A DNA stretch of 64,000 nt, taken from contig QBVW01000005.1 of NCBI GenBank assembly GCA_003284215.1, positions 4,881 through 68,880 of the forward strand, in the 5' to 3' direction. The position numbers and the translations under genes were made by a program. A model generated the notes under the pieces. It ran no database searches, was not told the origin of the DNA, and saw nothing but the letters and a program-made list of their open reading frames with translations. This DNA is from SAR86 cluster bacterium AG-313-D11. Its GTDB lineage: Bacteria > Pseudomonadota > Gammaproteobacteria > Magnimaribacterales > D2472. Of this stretch, positions 29,855-37,898 are shown in pieces. How positions within the stretch are numbered: position 1 is the stretch's first letter; each line of letters starts with the position of its first letter.

Positions 29855-31035
29855 ATGAGTACATAGTATTCTTTGATTATGAGTATACTTTTCTCTACTA
29901 CATATTTGAGCTAGCTAATTATTCAGCACTTGCATTTATTGCATTAATCTTTAGGCACTATAAGTTCATCAATAATTCGTCTTTTTGGACTTGGTTAGTT
30001 TTGATGTTTACTCCTATATTATTTAATTATTTTATTTTTGATGCTCATTTATTTGGAGATCAAAGTTTGTATACGCTTGATGCAGTTGATCAAAAGCTAG
30101 ATTATGACTTACCCAATAATCCTAATCTTGAAAAAGATCTTTGGTGGACTAGTACCAGCATCCTTACATCTAAAATATTAAGTATTTTTCCATTACCAAT
30201 GTTAATGACATTAACTTCATTGGCTTTTGCAAATAAATTAATGCTATTTTTGTTATTTGTATGGACCTCAAGATTTTTAAATCAAGATAGACTAATTTTA
30301 TTTTTTTTAATTCCAAGTTTAGTGTTGTATAGCTCTCTGTCTCTTAGAGATAATATAATAATAGTATTCGGTGTTGCATTTCTAATTAATTTAGTTAATA
30401 GGAAATATATTTTTGCTTTAGTATTTTTAATTCCATTGTTTGTGTTAAAAATTCAAAACTTCTCTTTCTTTTTACTAGCATTTTTTGGAAATTTTATTTT
30501 TCAGACTCATAAAAGTTTTATTGGCTTGATTTTATATTTACTCAGCCTATCTTTGTTTTCAATAGTTATGCAGGAAGAAATTTTAGATATAATTAACTTG
30601 TACAGAGTCGCATTTGCTGCAGAAGATTCGATTGGTGGGTATGCTGATTTTACTTTTTATAATGATACATCTCTCTTAGAGCTTACTTCTTTAAGTGGGT
30701 TTATTTATGAATCATTAATTCGAATACCGAATTTTCTTTTAATGCCATTACCATGGAATTGGAGTAGTCCATTATATCCTATTCAATTTTTAGAAAGCTT
30801 GCTTCTAATTATTATTTTTATCAGAGTAATTTTTAAGTACTCGCTTTATAGAAACCTATATTTTTATTCTTTGATTATTTCTTTTGTTGCAGGATTGATG
30901 GTTTATTCTGTTTTAGCTATGAATGAGGGCACATTTGTTAGATATAGATTCAGCTTCTTTTTTCCATATTTGATAGCTCTTTACTATATAGGAGAAAGCG
31001 CATTAGCAGAAAAGGAGAAGGAAGCCCACGCTTAG
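29848..31035 (+). CDS. Wzy-like polymerase candidate (polytopic membrane protein, no recognisable motif)
   Basis: 395 aa with about 10 hydrophobic segments and one larger loop (…AAEDSIGGYADFTFYNDTS…). It is the last gene of the wzx/wzz operon, with a 7-nt overlap with the wzz-like gene. Assignment rests on context and topology only. Confidence 0.4.
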   Translation: MVNEYIVFFDYEYTFLYYIFELANYSALAFIALIFRHYKFINNSSFWTWLVLMFTPILFNYFIFDAHLFGDQSLYTLDAVDQKLDYDLPNNPNLEKDLWWTSTSILTSKILSIFPLPMLMTLTSLAFANKLMLFLLFVWTSRFLNQDRLILFFLIPSLVLYSSLSLRDNIIIVFGVAFLINLVNRKYIFALVFLIPLFVLKIQNFSFFLLAFFGNFIFQTHKSFIGLILYLLSLSLFSIVMQEEILDIINLYRVAFAAEDSIGGYADFTFYNDTSLLELTSLSGFIYESLIRIPNFLLMPLPWNWSSPLYPIQFLESLLLIIIFIRVIFKYSLYRNLYFYSLIISFVAGLMVYSVLAMNEGTFVRYRFSFFFPYLIALYYIGESALAEKEKEAHA

Positions 31036-31043
31036 AAAATCAA

Positions 31044-31892
31044 TTAATCAATTAATCTTAATAAAGTTTCAGCATATTGATTTGAATAATGCAGATTCTT
31101 TTCAATATCTTTTTTTGATAACCATTGATTCTTGAAAGCTGCTAATTCTGGTGATCCGACCAAAATATCTTGCCTTTTTTGTATAGCAGCTATAAATTCT
31201 GATGCATCTTTCATCGACTCGAATGTTCCTGTATCCATCCATAGAACACTTTGATCAAAGAATTTTGAATCTAGATCGCCATCATTCATATACACTTTGT
31301 TCAGATCAGTAATTTCGAGTTCATTTCGCTTTGATGGCTTCAATATTTTTGCTTTCTTGATAACCGATGAGTCATAGGTATAGATTCCAGTTACAGCCCA
31401 TGGCGAAATAAATTTAGATGGCTTTTCAACTAAGGATACTGGCTTATTATTTTTTATCTCAAGAACACCATACCTTTCAGGATCTAGTACTTTAGAGCAA
31501 AATATTCTTGCTCCATTGCTAAAATCTTCTTTCAGCAGTTTAATAAATGATTCCCCATAAAATAGATTGTCACCAAGAATAAGGGTTACATCTGAATTCC
31601 CAATAAATTTCTCAGTAATAATGAATGCTTCCGCTAGGCCTCTTGGATCATCTTGAAAGAAATACTCAATACTAATTCCAAATCTTGATCCATCCCCAAG
31701 AAGGTCAAAAAAACATTGCTGATCTTTTGTTTTGATAATCACTGCAATTTCTTTAATTCCTGCTTCTATAAGGGTAGTTAATGGATAAAAGATTAATGGT
31801 TTATCATATATAGGAAGGAGTTGCTTAGATGTGGGAATAGTTATTGGATATAGCCTTGTTCCATGACCTCCTGCAAGAATGATGCCTTTCAT
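31044..31892 (-). CDS. rmlA: Glucose-1-phosphate thymidylyltransferase
   Basis: 282 aa. 'MKGIILAGGHGTRLYPITIPTSKQLLPIYDKPLIFYPL' is the canonical RmlA N-terminus. Confidence 0.93.
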   Translation of the reverse strand: MKGIILAGGHGTRLYPITIPTSKQLLPIYDKPLIFYPLTTLIEAGIKEIAVIIKTKDQQCFFDLLGDGSRFGISIEYFFQDDPRGLAEAFIITEKFIGNSDVTLILGDNLFYGESFIKLLKEDFSNGARIFCSKVLDPERYGVLEIKNNKPVSLVEKPSKFISPWAVTGIYTYDSSVIKKAKILKPSKRNELEITDLNKVYMNDGDLDSKFFDQSVLWMDTGTFESMKDASEFIAAIQKRQDILVGSPELAAFKNQWLSKKDIEKNLHYSNQYAETLLRLID

Positions 31893-32740
31893 ATTTCACC
31901 TATAATTAATTTTAATTCGTCTTCCCAAAAAGGGATTCGATAATTAAAATTTTCAGAAAATTTCTTTGATACTAAAGTTGTATTATAAGGTCTTTGGGCG
32001 GCTAGATTAAAATCTGAATTCTTTACCTTTTTTATATAAATACCTTCTGTATTTATGTCTTCATGCAGTAATGAAACTATTTTTCTTAAAAATGTATATT
32101 TTGAAATCGATCCCTCATTAGAGAAATGAAAAATACCAAAATCTCTATTTCCAGCTTTGTTGCATTCAATTACATACTTAATAGCGTGAGCCAATGATTT
32201 TGCTGAAGTAGGGGAGCCAATTAAGTCATATGCACCCATTAAGTTAGATTTGTTCTCACACATGGCAACAACCTTGGTTAAAAAATTTTCTCCAAAACGG
32301 CTATAAAGCCATGAAGTTCTTATAATGAAATATTTCTTGCATATATTTTGAATATAATTTTCTCCATCTAATTTTGCTTGACCATACTTGTTTATAGGAT
32401 TTGGAGTATCGTCTTCTGTATAACTTTCTTTAGAACCATCAAATACATAATCAGTAGAAATATGGATGAGAGGGATATCTTTAGAGCTTGAATAATTTGC
32501 TATTTCTTTAATAGCCAATGAGTTTAGTAAAATGTTATTAAAATTTTCTTCTGCAAGATCTACATTATTATAAGCAGTAAAATTTACTATAATATTAGGA
32601 CATAATTTGTTTAATGCTGGAATTATTTTGTCTAGTCTTGTTAGATCTAAATCTAGAGAAGAGAGATAGATAGCTTTTTCTTTATAGATTTTTTGAAATT
32701 CCTTTGCAAGTTGACCATTTTTTCCCAAGACTACAATCAC
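31889..32740 (-). CDS. rmlD: dTDP-4-dehydrorhamnose reductase
   Basis: 283 aa. 'ISTDYVFDG' and 'YGQAKLDGE' (YxxxK), located between rmlB and rmlA. 4-nt overlaps on both sides. Confidence 0.9.
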   Translation of the reverse strand: MIVVLGKNGQLAKEFQKIYKEKAIYLSSLDLDLTRLDKIIPALNKLCPNIIVNFTAYNNVDLAEENFNNILLNSLAIKEIANYSSSKDIPLIHISTDYVFDGSKESYTEDDTPNPINKYGQAKLDGENYIQNICKKYFIIRTSWLYSRFGENFLTKVVAMCENKSNLMGAYDLIGSPTSAKSLAHAIKYVIECNKAGNRDFGIFHFSNEGSISKYTFLRKIVSLLHEDINTEGIYIKKVKNSDFNLAAQRPYNTTLVSKKFSENFNYRIPFWEDELKLIIGEI

Positions 32741-33738
32741 TCATCCCACCAATTTACATTTTGCATATACCAGTCAACAGTAACTTCAAGATTATTAAAA
32801 AAATTATAGTCAGTCTTTCTGTTAAGAAATTTGTCAGTTTTATTCATATTAATAGCATATCTTTGATCATGGCCCTGCCTATCCTCAACAAATTTTATTT
32901 TTGGACTTAGTTCATACTTTAATTCCAAGATTTTCATTATGTCTTTAATAAGATCTATATTTGCAATCTCATTATTGCCACCAATATTAAACCTTTCTGA
33001 TTGAATATTTTTTTTATGCAGTTCTATAATTGTTTCGGTATGATCATCAACAAATATCCAGTCTCTAATATTTAAACCATTACCGTAGACTGGAATCTCA
33101 ATTCCATCGATCGTATTACAAATAATTTTAGGAATAAGTTTTTCTTTGTACTGACGGGGGCCAAAATTATTACTGCAATTAGTTATTAAATAAGGCATTT
33201 GATATGTTCTACCCCATGCTGAAACAAGCATATCTGAGGAAGCTTTAGATGCAGAGTAGGGAGAGCTCGGATCATAGGGATCGTCTTCTTTAAAAGCAGG
33301 ATCATCGGCATTAAGGTCGCCAAAGACTTCGTCTGTTGAAATCTGATGAAAAAGAAAATTACTATTATCAATTAAACTTTTTGATGCTTCTAGTAAATTA
33401 AAAGTTCCAATAATATTGGATTTGATAAATGGTGCTGCTCCATAAATAGAGTTATCGACATGTGATTCCGCTGCAAAGTTTACAACTAGATTTGGCGAAA
33501 AGGTTGTAAAGATTTTTTTAACCGTTTCAAGATCGGAGATATCACTATGTGAATGTTGGAAATTATCATGCCCCTCAAAAAGATCAAGGGTTTTTTGTGA
33601 AGTAGCATAGGTCATTATGTCGAGGTTCATAACTTCAAAGCCATGATAGTTTTCTATGAGGGTTTTTATATAGCTTGAACCAATGAATCCACAGCCTCCT
33701 GTAATCAAGATTTTTTTATATGGATATTCCTGAGTCAT
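32737..33738 (-). CDS. rmlB: dTDP-glucose 4,6-dehydratase
   Basis: 333 aa. 'ILITGGCGFIGS', 'ISTDEVFGD', 'SPYSASKASSD' and 'SNNFGPRQ'. Confidence 0.93.
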   Translation of the reverse strand: MTQEYPYKKILITGGCGFIGSSYIKTLIENYHGFEVMNLDIMTYATSQKTLDLFEGHDNFQHSHSDISDLETVKKIFTTFSPNLVVNFAAESHVDNSIYGAAPFIKSNIIGTFNLLEASKSLIDNSNFLFHQISTDEVFGDLNADDPAFKEDDPYDPSSPYSASKASSDMLVSAWGRTYQMPYLITNCSNNFGPRQYKEKLIPKIICNTIDGIEIPVYGNGLNIRDWIFVDDHTETIIELHKKNIQSERFNIGGNNEIANIDLIKDIMKILELKYELSPKIKFVEDRQGHDQRYAINMNKTDKFLNRKTDYNFFNNLEVTVDWYMQNVNWWDE

Positions 33739-34274
33739 AATTTTTTCTCTAGTTCATGCAAGTTGAGACCAGCACGATCTTTAAAAGATATATGGACATT
33801 TGTTGTTGCTGGCCATTTTATTCCTATTTTAGGATCATTCCAAGCAAGGGTATATTCATTCTTTGGTGAATATGGAGCATCTAATTTATAACTTATAATT
33901 GTGTCTTTCTTAGCTGAAAAATAACCATGAGCAAATCCTTTAGGTAATAGCAACATATTATTATTTTGACTATTTAATTCAACTGACCCATAGTCCAAAA
34001 ATGTTGAAGAATCTTTTCTTAGATCAACAAAAAAATCAACTATTCCTCCTTGCAAAATAGTAATTAATTTTGCTTGTGCAAAATGTCCAGATTGAAAGTG
34101 CATACCTTTAATGGTGTTGGGATGTTTGATAATAGAAATAGAATCTTGATAGAAATCTTCTCCAAAGTTTATGCTTTGATCAAACAAAACAGAAAAGGAA
34201 CCAAGCTCTGTGGGGAAGGTATCTCTTTTTAATATAGATACTCCTGAGAATTCTTGCACTTTTTTTATAGACAT
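33735..34274 (-). CDS. rmlC: dTDP-4-dehydrorhamnose 3,5-epimerase
   Basis: 179 aa cupin. 'IKGMHFQ', 'AKLITILQGGIVDFFVDLR' and 'LLLPKGFAHGY'. Confidence 0.9.
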   Translation of the reverse strand: MSIKKVQEFSGVSILKRDTFPTELGSFSVLFDQSINFGEDFYQDSISIIKHPNTIKGMHFQSGHFAQAKLITILQGGIVDFFVDLRKDSSTFLDYGSVELNSQNNNMLLLPKGFAHGYFSAKKDTIISYKLDAPYSPKNEYTLAWNDPKIGIKWPATTNVHISFKDRAGLNLHELEKKL

Positions 34275-34276
34275 AT

Positions 34277-35503
34277 TTAATTAACAGTATATATTTCTAG
34301 ATTTGGGATAATAAATATAAGCTTAGTTCCCTTTTTAAAAATTGATGATGATTTCTTAAGAATGTCTTCCTTGTAATTCCAGGCATTTACTATCAAGGTA
34401 TCGTAATCATGGTCAGCAAGCTCGTCTTCTGCGATTATAGGAATATTAAATTTAGGAAAAACTTTACCAATTTTTGTGGGAGTCGTGTCAACACAAAAGC
34501 TAATATTTCTATGATTTAAACCATAGTATGAAAAAACAGTAAAGGCTTTTGCTGGAGCACCATAAGCACCAACTATCTTATTTGATGAAATGTCTTTTGC
34601 AATTAGTTCGATGACTTGTTTTCGTGTAGCCTCTATTTTTTCTCTGAAATTTTGAAAAATTTTCTTATCATTAAAATATTTTTCTTCTTCGGAAAGAATC
34701 TTACCAACAGATTTTTGTATCGTATGTTTACCTTTCTTACCACATATGAATACTCCTGAGCCACCATGAACAGGAGCATGTTCAAAATCTATTAATTCAA
34801 AATTAAATTTATTCATCAATGCATTTATATTAAGTGCAGAAAAATAAAACATGTGCTCATGGTATATTTGATCGAATTCACCATTTTTAAAAGTATCTAT
34901 TGCATATGCATTTTCTATTATAAAAACTCCACTTTCATCTAAAATTTTGTCCATAGCTGAGAGCATTTCAGAAGGATCTTCATTATGAGCAAACATATGA
35001 CGAGCGATGGCAACATCAAATTTAGTATTTTTTTCTAATATTTTCTTTGCTACTTTATTAGAGAAAAAATCTATTATTGTTTCTACTCCATTTTCTATAG
35101 CTATACTTGCAATATTGGAGGCAGGATCTACTCCCAATACTTTATTAAAATGGGGCTTTAAAAAATTTAAAAGATTTCCATTATTGCTACCAATCTCAAT
35201 GCAACTTTGGCTTTTTTGAGCAAAATTTAATTCTTTTAGTTTTTTTAAAAGATTTTCATAGTGCTTTGCCAAGGAATCGATCTGGGGAGTACTGTATGTA
35301 TAAAAACTATACAACTCTTTTTTTGAAAGACAGTGACGAAGTTGAATGCAATAACATTGCTGGCAAAAATCAATAATCAGTGGGAATGATTCTACATCCT
35401 GATTTTTCTTTTCAACAAAATTATTTGCAGGCGGACATTCACCCAGGTTAATTATTTCCTCTAACGAGCCTTCGCAGATGCTACATTCAGTTTTTATAAT
35501 CAA
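34277..35503 (-). CDS. NDP-hexose C-methyltransferase-like enzyme (TylCIII type: Zn-ribbon + SAM-MT + C-methyltransferase C-terminal domain)
   Basis: 408 aa with a TTG start. N-terminal 'CSICEGSLEEIINLGECPPANNF…PLIIDFCQQCYCIQL' is the 4-Cys putative zinc-binding domain of this family. SAM motif 'CIEIGSNNGNLL', and a C-terminal Rossmann-like domain 'IVGAYGAPAKA'. Confidence 0.72.
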   Translation of the reverse strand: MIIKTECSICEGSLEEIINLGECPPANNFVEKKNQDVESFPLIIDFCQQCYCIQLRHCLSKKELYSFYTYSTPQIDSLAKHYENLLKKLKELNFAQKSQSCIEIGSNNGNLLNFLKPHFNKVLGVDPASNIASIAIENGVETIIDFFSNKVAKKILEKNTKFDVAIARHMFAHNEDPSEMLSAMDKILDESGVFIIENAYAIDTFKNGEFDQIYHEHMFYFSALNINALMNKFNFELIDFEHAPVHGGSGVFICGKKGKHTIQKSVGKILSEEEKYFNDKKIFQNFREKIEATRKQVIELIAKDISSNKIVGAYGAPAKAFTVFSYYGLNHRNISFCVDTTPTKIGKVFPKFNIPIIAEDELADHDYDTLIVNAWNYKEDILKKSSSIFKKGTKLIFIIPNLEIYTVN

Positions 35504-35504
35504 T

Positions 35505-36584
35505 TTATTCCTTTTCTAAAAGATTTTTGAAAATAGTTAAATACTTATTCTTATTGCTTTCGACTGAATAATCTTTTTCAACGGTACTTCTGGCTTTAAT
35601 TATAATATTATTTCTCAAATCTGGGTTCTCTATTATCTTCTTAATTGCACTTACCCATTCTTCATTTGAATCAACCAACAACCCATTCTCTTCATGGGTC
35701 AAAAAGTCTCTTACAGTGCCAAAGTCGGTTGCTATAGCCGGGATTCCAGCAGCCATATATTGTAGTGCCTTTAATCCGCCTTTACCAAGAGCCCAGTCTG
35801 ATTTTATTAATGGATAAACACCTATATCTATTTTATGAAGATCTGCAACCTCAGTAGTTTCTTGCCATTCAATAACTTCATGATCTATACCTTGCAAGGA
35901 GTAATCAAAATTAGTGATAAGAATAATCTTTATTCGAAAATGATTATTAAGCTCATAAAAGACATCTTTTATAGAATCTAAATAAGCTTTTGAACTAAAA
36001 GTCCCCGTCCATCCAATATTGATTGGCTCGGACCATCCATGTTTTTTTTGATGAAATCTATTTGTATCAAGACTGCATGGAATATATGTAGCATTAGAAA
36101 ATTTATTTTCTTCAATGCAGTGTGATAGTAAAAATGGGGAGCTGATAATTAAATGATGACTATTTTTAATTAAAAATTTAGCTTTAAAATTTCCTTTTAT
36201 GAAATTCACTAAGGAAAAATGATCTGGTTTTTTAAATAGTGCGTCATCAAAATCATAGATTATTTTTTTTCCTAAAATTTTTAATAAAAATTCATATAAT
36301 GGCAATCCAATAGGTGTTGCCCATAGATGTATATATATGATGTCAAATCGATGGATTCTTAATAAATCTCTTAGCCTTTTGAGATATCCATAAAAGGTGC
36401 CAAGTACCTTATTAAAATAATACCCTTTCTTGTATAAAATCTGCCAAGTTTGAAGATTGAAAAAATTTGATATAGTTAATTCGTATCCAGACTCATTCCA
36501 GGAATTAAAATATTGTTCGTATTTTAAGCGTTGACTTGCTGCAAAACCTTCAGGATAGGGTGAAAGAATTAGAATTTTTTTCAT
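35505..36584 (-). CDS. Glycosyltransferase, GT-B fold (GT4-like)
   Basis: 359 aa. C-terminal donor-binding block 'GGLKALQYMAAGIPAIATDFGTVRDFLTHEENGLLV' (E-x7-E-like). Confidence 0.8.
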   Translation of the reverse strand: MKKILILSPYPEGFAASQRLKYEQYFNSWNESGYELTISNFFNLQTWQILYKKGYYFNKVLGTFYGYLKRLRDLLRIHRFDIIYIHLWATPIGLPLYEFLLKILGKKIIYDFDDALFKKPDHFSLVNFIKGNFKAKFLIKNSHHLIISSPFLLSHCIEENKFSNATYIPCSLDTNRFHQKKHGWSEPINIGWTGTFSSKAYLDSIKDVFYELNNHFRIKIILITNFDYSLQGIDHEVIEWQETTEVADLHKIDIGVYPLIKSDWALGKGGLKALQYMAAGIPAIATDFGTVRDFLTHEENGLLVDSNEEWVSAIKKIIENPDLRNNIIIKARSTVEKDYSVESNKNKYLTIFKNLLEKE

Positions 36585-37772
36585 CTAAATTGTCTCATAA
36601 ATTTTTTGATATGATTTAGATCCTAGCTCCAATGAAAATTCTTTTTTTGCAAAGTCATTACACTTTTTAGAAATATCCTTTGATCGAATCTTTTTTATGA
36701 GGTTTCTATATCTTTCCTCAGTAAATGGATCTTCAAAATTATATATTTCTCCAATGCTGTCTTGAGAGAGAATTGCTTCAATGTCCTCATTGAATGCATT
36801 GCATATTATTGGAACTCCGCATGACAAAGATTCGCCAATTTTTGTAGGCATAGATGCAAGAATTGAAAAATTCTCTTTTAAACAAAATGCTAAGACATCG
36901 AAGTTATTTATCTCTTTATTTAATTCATTTCTATTTAAAAAATAATTTTTTAGCCTAAGATGCTGTAATCCATGTTTGGCAAGGTAATCCATTATAATTT
37001 CAGTTGGCGCTTTTGTAAGCATTCGAACTTCTATATTTTTGTGATGATTTAAAAGGTTTTTTATGAAATTAAGGAATTTATCGAAATCATATGCCGTATC
37101 AATTGAACCTAAATAACCAATAATCAATTCATTGCTTTGTTGGCCTTTCCTTAGCACAGTGAATTCATCAAAGTCTACACATGTCCTTATAACATGGATC
37201 GCATCAGATGATTTCAAGAAATTTTTAGCAATATATTTCTTTGATCCATAAGTTAAAGTTACCAACATATCTGCTCTTTTAATCAGGAATTTTTCAAGCT
37301 TCTTAAAAAATATATATTTCATAGAATTCTTTTTCCAACCAAGCCTGTCGTGCTTTTCGTCTGCCCAAAAGCCTCTAATATCAAAAATAAGCTTAAAACT
37401 GAAAAGTATTGAGAGCAATGGTATGCATAGACCAGGCATGTAACTTCTAATATGAATAATCGAGAATTTCTCTCTTCGCATTAAAAAAATTGGAAAAAAA
37501 ATTAAATTTAAAACATTCTGTGCATGTGAAGTTATAAATTTTCCCTGTTTATACGTTTTGTAATTCCAAGATATATTACTTCTTTTGCATCTTAGCTGAA
37601 TATCTCGAAGTCTTTTTGTATCTTTTAAATCATTTATTTTCTCATAAGAAATTAAGGTAATAGAAAATTGCATAGATAGCTTTTCTAAGTACTTCAATAC
37701 CTGAGAATCACCAAGTGGCTCTAAAATTCCATCAGGAGAAATATATAAAACTTTTTTATTAATATTAATCAT
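36585..37772 (-). CDS. Glycosyltransferase, GT-B fold (GT4-like)
   Basis: 395 aa. 'KIGESLSCGVPIICNAFNEDIEAIL…' is the donor-binding block. First gene of the 7-gene minus-strand operon. Its stop abuts the next ATG (TAGATG). Confidence 0.72.
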   Translation of the reverse strand: MININKKVLYISPDGILEPLGDSQVLKYLEKLSMQFSITLISYEKINDLKDTKRLRDIQLRCKRSNISWNYKTYKQGKFITSHAQNVLNLIFFPIFLMRREKFSIIHIRSYMPGLCIPLLSILFSFKLIFDIRGFWADEKHDRLGWKKNSMKYIFFKKLEKFLIKRADMLVTLTYGSKKYIAKNFLKSSDAIHVIRTCVDFDEFTVLRKGQQSNELIIGYLGSIDTAYDFDKFLNFIKNLLNHHKNIEVRMLTKAPTEIIMDYLAKHGLQHLRLKNYFLNRNELNKEINNFDVLAFCLKENFSILASMPTKIGESLSCGVPIICNAFNEDIEAILSQDSIGEIYNFEDPFTEERYRNLIKKIRSKDISKKCNDFAKKEFSLELGSKSYQKIYETI

Positions 37773-37796
37773 TTATTTTTTTAAAGATTAGGCTAG

Positions 37797-37827
37797 TGTA
37801 GCAAATATCTTTATTTTATTTGCCACA
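37797..37827. promoter_or_regulatory. Imperfect inverted repeat (candidate operator) in the divergent GT / export promoter region
   Basis: TGTAGCAAATA-N9-TATTTGCCACA with 10 of 11 positions complementary. It is centred about 40 bp upstream of the GT start codon (37772) and about 90-100 bp upstream of the export gene. Confidence 0.3.
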
Positions 37828-37898
37828 TATCTACTGATTTTTATTCTGAAAAAACACACTTTCAAGTAATAATCTTCAATTTTTTTATTAATATATCA

